Below are positions 42,876 to 51,517 of a DNA stretch of 52,933 nt, piece by piece. The notes beneath the pieces are model-generated. The model was not told where the DNA came from. It made no database searches and was given only the letters and a program-made list of their open reading frames with translations. The DNA comes from a virus (Duplodnaviria; Caudoviricetes), in IMG/VR virus record IMGVR_UViG_3300048818_000172, positions 1 through 52,933 of that record, one strand, 5' to 3'. Within the stretch, counting starts at the first letter, position 1, and each line of letters begins with the position of its first letter. The position numbers and the translations under genes are program-made.

Positions 42876-44725
42876 TATTTCGCCGCTCCGTTCATTGCCC
42901 CGTTCGAGCCGCCCACAGGCTTCCCAGAAATCAGGGTAGCTGCCAGGTTTCGGTCGCTTCCCGCGGGCGTGGCCTGGCTCTCCGACTGCCGAACATAGTT
43001 CCGCGTCGTCGACGCCGGCTTACCTGGTGCATCGCCGCCGCCCGCTCCCCCGCCGCTGCTCTCGGGAGGCTCGCGGATCGACACCAGCTCCGCCATGTCC
43101 GGCATGTCCTTGTATTCGCCCAGCTTCTTGAGGAAGAAGTTGAGATCGAGGTTCAGCCCCTGGGCCGCCAGCGCCTGCATCATCGGCGTGATGATCGTCT
43201 GCACCACGCCCTGCAAGTCGGCCGCCCGGCTATCCGGCGTCGACTTCTTGAGCGAGTACACGTCGAGCCGGACATCCAAGTCATCCCACGGCACTTGTTG
43301 CCGCTGCGCCGGTGTTACCGTCCGGTCAATCGAGATGCCGAGGCTCGCCGAGGCCACATACTCCGACTTCATTTGTTTGGTCGGATGGTGATGGTGCAGC
43401 CACGCGAGACTCGTCAACACCTCCTCGACGAACTCGATCGTCTTTTGCTGCTTGTTCTGCGTGGCCGAGGATGCCGCCGAGTTGAGAATCTTAGACTCGG
43501 TAGCCGTCGGCGCCTGCGGAGCCAGGCCGCCCTGCGCCTCGATGTTGCCGGCCAGGACGTTGAATCTCTGAATCGCGTCGACGAACACGCCCCAATTGAG
43601 CTGGGATGGGCCACCGAATGACATCTCTTTGATGCGCTCGGGATTGTCCACCCGAATTACCTCGCCGTCGTCGGCTAAGATCGTCCGCGTGCCGTCCGCG
43701 TCCGCAGATCCCGCCACCAGCAACAGCGTCTTTTGCCGTTCGCATTGCCGGATGATCTTCCGGTAAAGCACGTTAATGAACTGGTGCATGTCGGCCAGGT
43801 CCTGGAGAGGCGCTTTGAACATCAGGTTACCGGGCAGGATGCCGTAGCCGAGCGGATGGTAACCGCCGAGGGCCCGGTCTGGCCCGATGTATTGCTGCTC
43901 GCGTAGCGGATGGTTGTCCTCGCTGAGCGCGCACTGGCCATTGTCCTCGGCCTTGAACGTGAGAATCTTGTTGTGCCTGGGAAGCCATATCTGCCACAGG
44001 TCGACGTGATCCTCAAATTCCTGTTCGTAGCTCTGGTAAACCGTGCGGCCAATGACGGAGATTTTCGGGTCGCCTTGCTGGTTGTACAACGCGTCGGTCG
44101 ATGCCGTCAGGTCCTTGCGGAACCGCGTAAAACTCTTGTCCTCCTTGATCGCCGCCAGCGGCCGGCGTACCCGGTGGCCGATGAAAGACAACTCTTCCCA
44201 GGTCCGGGCGTGCAGGTCGAACACAATGTCGTCGAAGTCCACCGACTCGGCGAACGGCTCGCCGGCCTGCACTTCCCAGCCCCGTTGCGCCGAATCTGCC
44301 GGGCTCGCGATGCCGACGTAGCAGCAGCCCATGCCGAAAAGCGCGTCGACGATGCAGCGCTCGAAAGTGGCCGTCAAGTTGGTCTTGACGATTTCCTTGT
44401 TGAGCCACTCCATTTCGGCGTGGATGATCGGCTTAGCCTGGGGGTTGAAGCTGGACAGCATGGCCCGCGGAGCGTCCGGGGAAAGCTGCCTGGCGATGAC
44501 ATCGACGTAGAGGGAGAGCATGTTCAGGGGCTGAATCTTGGCGGCCCCTTCTTCGGAATAGCGCGTGCCGGCGAACTGGCGAACCAGGTTGAACCGCAAC
44601 TCGCGCGGCCACCGAAGCGCCAGGCGGGCCCGCTCTACGGCTGCACAGAGACGTGTAGGATCGGCGTCGAACTTTGCCACGGCATCGGCGTTCTCTCGCG
44701 CTGCGGGCCATTGTATCAAGCCCAC
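42875..44725 (-). CDS. Portal protein
   Basis: 616 aa, immediately after TerL. FDDIVFD..A, DLADM...IN and TATE motifs typical of P22-like portals. Confidence 0.85.
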   Translation of the reverse strand: MGLIQWPAARENADAVAKFDADPTRLCAAVERARLALRWPRELRFNLVRQFAGTRYSEEGAAKIQPLNMLSLYVDVIARQLSPDAPRAMLSSFNPQAKPIIHAEMEWLNKEIVKTNLTATFERCIVDALFGMGCCYVGIASPADSAQRGWEVQAGEPFAESVDFDDIVFDLHARTWEELSFIGHRVRRPLAAIKEDKSFTRFRKDLTASTDALYNQQGDPKISVIGRTVYQSYEQEFEDHVDLWQIWLPRHNKILTFKAEDNGQCALSEDNHPLREQQYIGPDRALGGYHPLGYGILPGNLMFKAPLQDLADMHQFINVLYRKIIRQCERQKTLLLVAGSADADGTRTILADDGEVIRVDNPERIKEMSFGGPSQLNWGVFVDAIQRFNVLAGNIEAQGGLAPQAPTATESKILNSAASSATQNKQQKTIEFVEEVLTSLAWLHHHHPTKQMKSEYVASASLGISIDRTVTPAQRQQVPWDDLDVRLDVYSLKKSTPDSRAADLQGVVQTIITPMMQALAAQGLNLDLNFFLKKLGEYKDMPDMAELVSIREPPESSGGGAGGGDAPGKPASTTRNYVRQSESQATPAGSDRNLAATLISGKPVGGSNGAMNGAAK

Positions 44726-46572
44726 GCCATTTCATCCCGCCGCTTATCCTCGCGCATCTTCCGCCGATGCCCCATCGAGCCGAACGGCTCCTCCGCCTCG
44801 GCTTCCTTCTGTCTCGTGTCCCTCGCCATCAACCGGCGCATCTTATTCATTATCGCATCGGCCATGGCTTGATCCGCGTGGTTTACCCTGGCCCCCGAGG
44901 GATCGTCGCCGCCGGCAACCATCGCATGCTCAACATACCCGTCCGCCCCGTACCGGAAAGACAGGCACTCCCACAGCGACGCTTCCGAAGGGTTCTCGAT
45001 CGCCCCGCTTTTCAGGTCGGCCCGGTAATCTTCCAGCAGGTCGAGCGCCGTACGCACCGAGTTAGGCCACCCTGGGGCGTCGCCCTGCTTCGGGTTTATG
45101 ACCGATTCGTTGCCGCGGCAGTAGACGTTGCGGTAGCCCAGTTCGAGCACGCGCTTGCCCGTCGTTGCACCGGGACCGGGTATCTCCCAAGCAAGGTGAG
45201 CCCCTTGCCCGTCAGGGTCACGGAACAGCCAGGACAGAGCCACGAGTAGGACACCGAAATCGCCGGGCTCAATGAAGGGGTCCGCATATTCCATCACCTT
45301 CCTGCCGAGGTGGACGTCGCAGATCGAAATGCAAGAGGCCGTGGCGCCCGAGCCGCTCGCCACGTCCGCCCCCGCCACATACCGGCCATAGGGCACGAGC
45401 CCCTCGGCGTTCGGCATGATCCACAGCTTGACCCGGCCCCCCGTCCTGGCCACCAGCTTATGAGGCCGCCCCAGGTCCCGGTCGTAGTCCAGGTCGCCTT
45501 CCCACAACGGCGGCGAGCAGTGGGCCGTCAGGTCGTGGATGAGGAGGGCGTTGAAGAATTGGGAGTCGGACCCTTTGGGATCGATGTCCAGCTCAACAGC
45601 CACGCCGCGACTCGATCCAATGTCATGGCACTTCGCGTCATACCACGGAGACCGTATCCCTGGGAAAGGCCCCCCCGTGGGGGACCCATCAAGCACATAT
45701 CGATAGTCCGGTTCGTACTCATAACTCTTGTCCAACCTCTCTACAACATTGTTCCGACCCACCCGGTACAGACCCCTCCGCTTGTCGGGGTGTTGAGTCC
45801 AATGCAACACGATCTTGCCGATTTCCGGGCTCTGAGTCAACCGGTAGAACTCAGTGTCAATTCCAACGTGCGTTCCGTTGAAGAATCGCGTATCGCTAAC
45901 GCTTGCCGTGCTCCGCCTCACCTCGGCCGCTTCCTTGATCTTGCTCATCTCATCCACGAATATGCAAGAGCCGCGGCCGCCTGTGAATGCTAAACCCGTG
46001 CTCGCCTCACCCGTGGCCACCGACTTGGTTCGCGTCCACTCTATATACATCTTGGTTTGTAGCACTTTGCCCTTCATCCAATCGGGCAAATGTTCGTGCA
46101 TGAACCGCATTTTCCAAAACAACGAGTCCGGCGATTTGCAATCTACCGCGTCGGCACTCCGCGATATGTTCAGCAGCTGCACCCGGTCATGGAACAAGCC
46201 GAGCCACAACTGGAAGATCAGAAACAGCCAGGAGGCCCCCATCTCGCGGCTCTTCTCGATCACGCAGCTCTTGTCGTGCTGGTAATACCACAGGATGCCC
46301 CGCCGCTTCGTGGTCTCCGGCGTGTCCAGCAGCGCGTCCTCCTGGCACGGCCAGGTGATGAACGGTCCAACCGGGATGCCCTTCTTCTTCGGGTTGAACT
46401 GCACTATGAAAAGGCAGATGAAGAAAATGATGTCCTGCCGGCACACCTCCATGATGCCCGCTTGCAAGACCGGATCGAACTCGGCCGCCTTGAGCAGCCA
46501 AATTCGATACCTGGCGTTCTCCCCAGGATCACGCGGTACTTTCAGGTGCCACTTACCGGGAGAAAGACTCAT
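44716..46572 (-). CDS. terL: Terminase large subunit
   Basis: FITWPCQ, EKSREMGASW (Walker A), GGRG..IFVDE (Walker B), GADVASG and HADQAMA nuclease motifs. Confidence 0.93.
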   Translation of the reverse strand: MSLSPGKWHLKVPRDPGENARYRIWLLKAAEFDPVLQAGIMEVCRQDIIFFICLFIVQFNPKKKGIPVGPFITWPCQEDALLDTPETTKRRGILWYYQHDKSCVIEKSREMGASWLFLIFQLWLGLFHDRVQLLNISRSADAVDCKSPDSLFWKMRFMHEHLPDWMKGKVLQTKMYIEWTRTKSVATGEASTGLAFTGGRGSCIFVDEMSKIKEAAEVRRSTASVSDTRFFNGTHVGIDTEFYRLTQSPEIGKIVLHWTQHPDKRRGLYRVGRNNVVERLDKSYEYEPDYRYVLDGSPTGGPFPGIRSPWYDAKCHDIGSSRGVAVELDIDPKGSDSQFFNALLIHDLTAHCSPPLWEGDLDYDRDLGRPHKLVARTGGRVKLWIMPNAEGLVPYGRYVAGADVASGSGATASCISICDVHLGRKVMEYADPFIEPGDFGVLLVALSWLFRDPDGQGAHLAWEIPGPGATTGKRVLELGYRNVYCRGNESVINPKQGDAPGWPNSVRTALDLLEDYRADLKSGAIENPSEASLWECLSFRYGADGYVEHAMVAGGDDPSGARVNHADQAMADAIMNKMRRLMARDTRQKEAEAEEPFGSMGHRRKMREDKRRDEMAWA

Positions 46573-47090
46573 ATCGCGTACGTCCTCAAATAACGTGCCG
46601 CCTCTTCGAGGAGTTCGGGATTGTCGCGAGCCCTTCCCAGCACGACGTTGCAGGAATCGCAAAGCAGCCCTCTGACAGAACCCGTTTCGTGGTTGTGATC
46701 GACGGACAAAAAGTTAATCCTTCCGTCATGGTGATTTCGCTTGACCTCTGGCTTTTTGCAAATGGCACAGACGCCATTTTGCAATCGAAGCTTCTCATCG
46801 AATTCTGCTTTCGACAAGCCGTACATCTTGAGGCCCTGCCGAGTCCTGTCCTGGTATTCACGATTCTTTGCCTTGCAACATCCCTTGCAAAAAGCGTACT
46901 TTCCGTGGTTGCCGCCTTTCATCGTGTTGAATTCATCAAAGCCCTTGATCTTCTTGCATTTGCCGCACTTCTTGAAATACTTCCTGGACACCGGATCGAC
47001 GTAAGTTCCAACCGTTCTTATGCCTGCTGAACGCGATACGCGAATCAACTCTTGTGCGCCGGCATCGAAAAGGGTAGGTTGATCGGACAT
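46569..47090 (-). CDS. Endonuclease VII-family protein
   Basis: YGLS..EF....QNGVCAIC and LSVDHNHETGSVRGLLCDSCN..LG...D motifs. Confidence 0.92.
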   Translation of the reverse strand: MSDQPTLFDAGAQELIRVSRSAGIRTVGTYVDPVSRKYFKKCGKCKKIKGFDEFNTMKGGNHGKYAFCKGCCKAKNREYQDRTRQGLKMYGLSKAEFDEKLRLQNGVCAICKKPEVKRNHHDGRINFLSVDHNHETGSVRGLLCDSCNVVLGRARDNPELLEEAARYLRTYAI

Positions 47091-47171
47091 GCTTCGGACC
47101 CTCGCATGGTCTGAACGTGAAAAGGCCGGTGCAGTTCACGCTGCGCCGGCCTTACCGGGGCTCAGCATGGG

Positions 47172-47390
47172 TCACCTCACAAATCGGTAGGTCGCCCCCA
47201 ACTCCGTGATGCACTCCAGCCGATACTCCCAAATCCTCATCGGAACCACGGCCGGCAATTCGTCGACCCTGAGACACGCCAGCGGTCTAAAGCGGTCGGC
47301 CAACACGTTTATGTACGGCCGTGGCGGTTCGTCAACCTCCGTCACATGCAGATCCGCACCAGGAGGACTTCCAACCAGAAACGCCCTCAT
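47172..47390 (-). CDS. Hypothetical protein
   Basis: ATGA overlap with the upstream gene. Confidence 0.6.
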   Translation of the reverse strand: MRAFLVGSPPGADLHVTEVDEPPRPYINVLADRFRPLACLRVDELPAVVPMRIWEYRLECITELGATYRFVR

Positions 47391-47695
47391 CCCTTCACCT
47401 GCCCCGCTTGATTCTCGTATGCCTTGACGAGCATCCTCTTCATCTCCTGGTGCCGTTCGCTCATGGTGCATACCAGCGTTAACAACATCTGCGTCTGGCT
47501 GCACTCCCCATGCGACAAGAAAAGCAACCCCGCTTGCACCACCGGATCAAACAACGCCGCTTTCTCAAGATCGGCCAGAGTTTTCATCGCTTCACTGGCG
47601 ACCAGCACTTCCTTGCCGTCCTCTTCGATGCCGTAAATCACGGCCCTCTTGCTCTTGCGGATCACCTCGCCGAGCATCCACGGCTCGTTTTTCAT
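47387..47695 (-). CDS. Hypothetical protein
   Basis: ATGA overlaps at both ends. Confidence 0.65.
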   Translation of the reverse strand: MKNEPWMLGEVIRKSKRAVIYGIEEDGKEVLVASEAMKTLADLEKAALFDPVVQAGLLFLSHGECSQTQMLLTLVCTMSERHQEMKRMLVKAYENQAGQVKG

Positions 47696-47853
47696 CCCTC
47701 ACCCCCCAGGTCCAGGTTCACCTCGTCGAACAAATCCCGCTGAGCCGCCCGATCAAGGTCTCTCTGCAACACGAACGCATCGGCCCAATACCCCGGCCAA
47801 AGGTATTGAAGGCAGGCCAACGCTCCTTTCCTAACCAGCCGAGCCACCCGCAT
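47692..47853 (-). CDS. Small hypothetical protein
   Basis: RBS GGAGG. Fills the gap in the operon. Confidence 0.5.
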   Translation of the reverse strand: MRVARLVRKGALACLQYLWPGYWADAFVLQRDLDRAAQRDLFDEVNLDLGGEG

Positions 47854-48304
47854 CCCATCCCTCCAGAAACTTCTCCAACGCCCCCACCGCCGTTCCCGAC
47901 CCCACATCCGGCGCCCTTGACCCCTCCCCGCCTTCCGGCACCACCGCATTCCGCCGACCCCGCATCTCCAACAACTGACCCTCCAACTTCGCCATCTCCG
48001 CCATGAACTGCCGTCTCGAGTCCTTGTAATACTTCCGCAACTCCCGCACCCGGTACGTCTCCCCCTCCTTCTTCGGCCCCGATACCACCAACCGCATGTC
48101 CACCAACCCCTGCGGCTCGTCCCCCTCCAACTTTTGTACCACCGCCGGACCCGTAACTTCCTCCACCACTTCCTTTTCCGGCATCGGCAGCAACTTCCCC
48201 TTCGCGTCCCGCTCTTGCCCAGGAACCGCTCCCCTCTGTCCAGATCGCTTTTTTGGCGGACCGCTCGCGGTTTCTTCTCGCGGCCCCTCCGGTTTCCCTT
48301 CCAT
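47831..48304 (-). CDS. Putative terminase small subunit
   Basis: First gene of the - strand arm, RDAKGKLLP motif, 157 aa. The function is inferred mainly from position. Confidence 0.45.
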   Translation of the reverse strand: MEGKPEGPREETASGPPKKRSGQRGAVPGQERDAKGKLLPMPEKEVVEEVTGPAVVQKLEGDEPQGLVDMRLVVSGPKKEGETYRVRELRKYYKDSRRQFMAEMAKLEGQLLEMRGRRNAVVPEGGEGSRAPDVGSGTAVGALEKFLEGWDAGGSAG

Positions 48305-48677
48305 CCCCACAAACTACCCCCTTCCACCGGTCCCGTCAATCCCTCCCTTGGCGCAGAGGGGAACTATAGTTCCCCCGCTTTTTCCCTATGCCTCCTCCCG
48401 TCGTCTTTATCTACCCCACTCCCCTAATGTCTTGCAGTTTATGGGAATAGGTTAAGTCGCCCCGGAGCCACCCTGCGAGGCCGGGGGGTCCGGTTCAAGC
48501 CTCCTGGCTCGGCAGGCACCGGTCTCGCCCTGCCACGGCGCCTCGGCATGGCAGCAGCGGCTCGCGTGCGTGCTCGTGCGGATCGCATTGGGGATTTGAC
48601 GGCGATACGAGGGGTAGGAAGGCGGTCGATTGGGGGGTCAGTCGACGCATGTCTCGGGGCTGATGGGGGATACGGCG

Positions 48678-48944
48678 ATGATAGCGGCATGTGTAGGGCA
48701 ATGGCTGCTGGAGACAGGGCGACAGGGGGCATACTACGGGGCGTGGGTGAGCAATCAGCAGCGGTACGTGGTTGGGTATGGCCGGGGCACGACGGAGGCC
48801 GATGCGGTGCGGGCTGCGTTGGTGGATGCCCGGCACCACTACAAGGCTGACCATGACGTACAGGCCATGCTGGAGAAGACATACTTCGGTCCGCATGGCA
48901 TGGTAGGCGGGGCGTTGCTGGCCAAGGGTGAAGCCGCGGTGTAG
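48678..48944 (+). CDS. Early hypothetical protein
   Basis: RBS GGGGGA. First gene of the + strand arm. Confidence 0.6.
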   Translation: MIAACVGQWLLETGRQGAYYGAWVSNQQRYVVGYGRGTTEADAVRAALVDARHHYKADHDVQAMLEKTYFGPHGMVGGALLAKGEAAV

Positions 48945-49015
48945 CGTGTGGCCGGTGATCCTGGGCTATGCTTGTGGCGTGGCCTGGGGACGCTGGCAGG
49001 GTGGAGGGTGTGACA

Positions 49016-49348
49016 ATGCGGGATTACTGTGTGCTGGCCGTGGATCGGGGCTGCTGGGAGAAGGTGTTGCACGTGCAGGCCGTGAGCCGGGAGGCCGCTG
49101 TGCGGTGCGCCCTGGCCGCTGGAATGGTGCGTGTACTGAACGTAATCGAGGGGACAGGGGGCCGAGTGGTGGGCAAGTGCCCGAACGGGCTGGGCTGCCA
49201 GGACTCGATAAGCCGGAAGTGCGAGATGTGCAGCGACGACGGTGAGCTAGACTTGGCCGAGGGGAATGATGCGGCGATGCACATGGTGCAGCCGCTGACC
49301 CGTGGGAACAGCGACAACGACCCTGAGCGGTCCGATGCGGCGTGGTGA
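49016..49348 (+). CDS. Early Cys-containing hypothetical protein
   Basis: RBS GGAGG. Confidence 0.65.
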   Translation: MRDYCVLAVDRGCWEKVLHVQAVSREAAVRCALAAGMVRVLNVIEGTGGRVVGKCPNGLGCQDSISRKCEMCSDDGELDLAEGNDAAMHMVQPLTRGNSDNDPERSDAAW

Positions 49349-49417
49349 GCGTGTGGCCGGTGACCTGCCCCGGGCTCGTGGCCTGGGGCGGGGAGCCGGC
49401 ATCGGGGAGGGTGGACA

Positions 49418-49639
49418 ATGGCAACGTGCAAAGTGTCGGTATTTGTGATCGTTAGCAGCGATGGGGAATACGCTTGCGGAGTTGATATCGACGATGCTAT
49501 CGCGTCGTACGACAACGACTACGGGGATGCCGTACGCCGGGTAATCGAGCTGGTGGTGGACGTGCCGGTTCCGACCGTGACCGTTCTGGAGGGGACGTGC
49601 CCGGCGGAACAGGAAGTGGGCAAGCTGCTGGTGAAGTAG
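49418..49639 (+). CDS. Early hypothetical protein
   Basis: RBS GGAGG. Confidence 0.72.
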   Translation: MATCKVSVFVIVSSDGEYACGVDIDDAIASYDNDYGDAVRRVIELVVDVPVPTVTVLEGTCPAEQEVGKLLVK

Positions 49640-49705
49640 GGGCAGGAAGCTGGCCTGGCTGTGCTCGTGGCACGGCTGGGCCGGCTCTTCGGGGGAGTCT
49701 GAGCC

Positions 49706-49852
49706 ATGTACGACGAAGACGCTGGAGAAGGCGTGCCGGAGCGTGTGCGGCGAGTGTGGACAGCGTTCGAGCAATCGGCCGGTGTCGCGGCCGCGGTGCT
49801 CATTGGCCTGGCGATAGTCGCGGTGCTCGCCCTGTTGGGGGGCCACCGATGA
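49706..49852 (+). CDS. Small single-TM protein (48 aa)
   Basis: RBS GGGGAG. Hydrophobic segment VAAAVLIGLAIVAVLALLGG. Confidence 0.6.
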   Translation: MYDEDAGEGVPERVRRVWTAFEQSAGVAAAVLIGLAIVAVLALLGGHR

Positions 49853-50055
49853 CAGCGAAACAGACAATCCGGCGAATGGCGGCGGGCGCCGGGCGGATAC
49901 AGCCAGCGTTGCGAACCCTGGCCGATCTGCGGCGGGCCGTGACGGACGGCGCCGAGCTGGCCGACGTGCTGCTGTTGATCGATGAGCTGACGAGCGACCT
50001 ATTGCGGGTGGAGGATGCCGTAGGCGTTGTGACGCCGGCGGCACTGTTCGAGTAG
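49849..50055 (+). CDS. Early hypothetical protein
   Basis: ATGA overlap with the previous gene. Confidence 0.65.
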   Translation: MTAKQTIRRMAAGAGRIQPALRTLADLRRAVTDGAELADVLLLIDELTSDLLRVEDAVGVVTPAALFE

Positions 50056-50114
50056 CTGAGGGGCGCCCCGAGAGGGGCGTTAAAGCCAAGGGCCGGTCCC
50101 AATGCCGGCAGTGC
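50041..50114 (+). ncRNA. Twister ribozyme, type-P5 permutation
   Basis: P5 GCACTG/CAGTGC; P2 GCT/AGC; GAGGG; P1 GCGCCCC-GAGA-GGGGCGT; L1 TAA; T2 CA/TG; P4 CCGG/CCGG with L4 TCCCAATG. Confidence 0.85.
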
Positions 50115-50156
50115 GGCCTGTAACGAGCACCGACACCATAAGCCACGGGAGAGACC

Positions 50157-50429
50157 ATGAAAATCTGCATTGACGGCCACCGTTTCGACACGAAGCGGGC
50201 TACCCATCACTGGGACCTGTCATGGCACGACGAGCGCAGCAACGAACACACCGGGGACCTATACCGGAGCGCCAAGGGGACATGGTACGTTTACACGCCG
50301 TCCCAATGGGGAAACCGACACAGTTGGGAAATCATCACGCCGGAGGATGCGTTAGACCAATACAGCCGCTATCTCACCAACGAGGAAAAGACCGAAATTG
50401 CTGAGGTCGCCGGCCTGGATTGGGAATAG
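50157..50429 (+). CDS. Conserved phage early protein (IDGxRFDT...LYRSAKGTWY)
   Basis: RBS GGGAG and a recognisable motif. Confidence 0.78.
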   Translation: MKICIDGHRFDTKRATHHWDLSWHDERSNEHTGDLYRSAKGTWYVYTPSQWGNRHSWEIITPEDALDQYSRYLTNEEKTEIAEVAGLDWE

Positions 50430-50491
50430 CGGAGGGGGCCGGGGAGACCCCCGGCTTAACGCATCGGCGCCGCCGTCCCAAACCGGCGGGC
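50413..50491 (+). ncRNA. Second twister-like ribozyme, type-P5
   Basis: P2 GCG/CGC; GAGGG; P1 GGCCGGGG-AGAC-CCCCGGCT; L1 TAA; P4 CCG/CGG with L4 TCCCAAAC. T2 has one mismatch. Confidence 0.72.
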
Positions 50492-50518
50492 ACACACCAC
50501 CAAGGGAGCCACGGACCA

Positions 50519-50782
50519 ATGAACACGGAATCGATGATTACGGACATCCGGTACGCGATGGGCCAGATTCGGCGACTGCTGCCCAATGGCAGCGTGCAGA
50601 CGGAGGACACGTGTTGCCGGGCGTTGGACGCCCTGGAGCGCGTCGAGACCGAGCTGAGCCAAGCGGACGATGGGCCAGAGCCTGTCACACCGTCAATGCC
50701 GCTGCCGAGCGGCTACGGCACATACGATCCGCCGGCCGCCCACGAATGGACGGCCGAGGAAATACTTCGGCAGGAAGGCTAA
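50519..50782 (+). CDS. Early hypothetical protein
   Basis: RBS GGGAG. Confidence 0.65.
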   Translation: MNTESMITDIRYAMGQIRRLLPNGSVQTEDTCCRALDALERVETELSQADDGPEPVTPSMPLPSGYGTYDPPAAHEWTAEEILRQEG

Positions 50783-50864
50783 TTTGACACACCCCGCTAT
50801 TACAGCGGACCCCGCGAATCGCGTACAGCCGCATCGCAACCGGCCGCGGGCCTGACACCCCCCG

Positions 50865-50888
50865 AGGGGCAACGGATTGCCCCTTTTT
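50865..50888 (+). terminator. Intrinsic terminator
   Basis: GGGGCAA-CGGA-TTGCCCC followed by TTTTT. Confidence 0.78.
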
Positions 50889-50892
50889 CCTC

Positions 50893-50921
50893 TTGATTCG
50901 CCACCGGAGCTATGGTTTAAT
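50893..50921 (+). promoter_or_regulatory. Sigma-70-type promoter with extended -10
   Basis: TTGATT-17 nt-TTTAAT, with TGn before the -10 box. Lies right after the terminator. Confidence 0.68.
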
Positions 50922-51057
50922 CCCCTCACTCCCGCCACGGAGCCCCCAGCAAGCACACACGTACAACCTGATCCACCAGCCGGCCGCGCGTCTCTACCGT
51001 GGCGGGGAGCGCCGGCCGCGCTGGTGATCTAAAGACACCTAACGGGAGGATAGGACG

Positions 51058-51288
51058 ATGAAGAATCTTGCCGCGTGTATCGTGTGCGGCGGAACTGATT
51101 GCGGCGCGACGTGGTGCCGTGGGTCCGGAGAGGCGTCGGTGAAGGATTGCCGGCCTGGTCCGGGAATGCCACCTGGTCAAATATGCACGGTGCGCGGATG
51201 CGCCCGTGAAGCCGAGCATTACGTGGACGGGACGCAGTGGTTTTGTCAACGGCACAACTCTAATTTTGCGCGGGCCGCCAACCGCTAA
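51058..51288 (+). CDS. Small Cys-rich protein
   Basis: RBS GGAGG/AGGA. CIVC..C...C and CTVRGC...FCQRH motifs. Confidence 0.7.
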   Translation: MKNLAACIVCGGTDCGATWCRGSGEASVKDCRPGPGMPPGQICTVRGCAREAEHYVDGTQWFCQRHNSNFARAANR

Positions 51289-51310
51289 ACCGGAAATGGA
51301 GGATCGAATC

Positions 51311-51517
51311 ATGGACACCGAACAGGGGCCCGAATGCCCGCCACCGGATTACAACCCCGGCTTTCACGACGACGAGGAACCGACGACGACGCCGGAGGAA
51401 TACATGCGGCGCCGCAAGCGGGCCGCGGCGCGCAGCCGAGCACCTCGGCCACTGCCGGCCGTTCTGATGCCCGAGGTGCATGACGACGAACCGCGAACAA
51501 CCGGGGAGGGCGATTGA
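51311..51517 (+). CDS. Small hypothetical protein
   Basis: RBS GGAGG. Confidence 0.6.
   Translation: MDTEQGPECPPPDYNPGFHDDEEPTTTPEEYMRRRKRAAARSRAPRPLPAVLMPEVHDDEPRTTGEGD

Larger units (their letters stand above)
48943..49708 (+). repeat. Three related intergenic hairpin leaders with a GC-TYGTG-GC apex
   Basis: 48943-49018 and 49348-49420 share AGCGTGTGGCCGGTGA...GTGGCCTGGGG...GGAGGGTG(T)GACAATG. 49640-49708 shares the same loop. Confidence 0.75.

Noticed and set aside
44716-46662. Intein or split terminase, and the longer 648-aa start
   Set aside because: ATPase and nuclease motifs are contiguous at normal spacing. The extension overlaps EndoVII, and the ATG at 46572 is coupled to its stop.
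12922-47100. Many long + strand ORFs over the structural arm (for example 12922-14361, 21079-22440, 27358-28605, 34631-36541)
   Set aside because: They are antisense shadows of well-supported - strand genes in high-GC DNA and carry no motifs. Only the HNH (26495) and EndoVII (34008) genes are accepted on this strand.
50054-50090. Hammerhead ribozyme (CTGA...stem...AAA)
   Set aside because: It lacks the CUGANGA and GAAA core, and the sequence fits twister completely.
48943-50491. CRISPR array or integron attC array
   Set aside because: The repeats are few, degenerate and separated by whole genes. There are no cas or integrase genes and no attC core sites.
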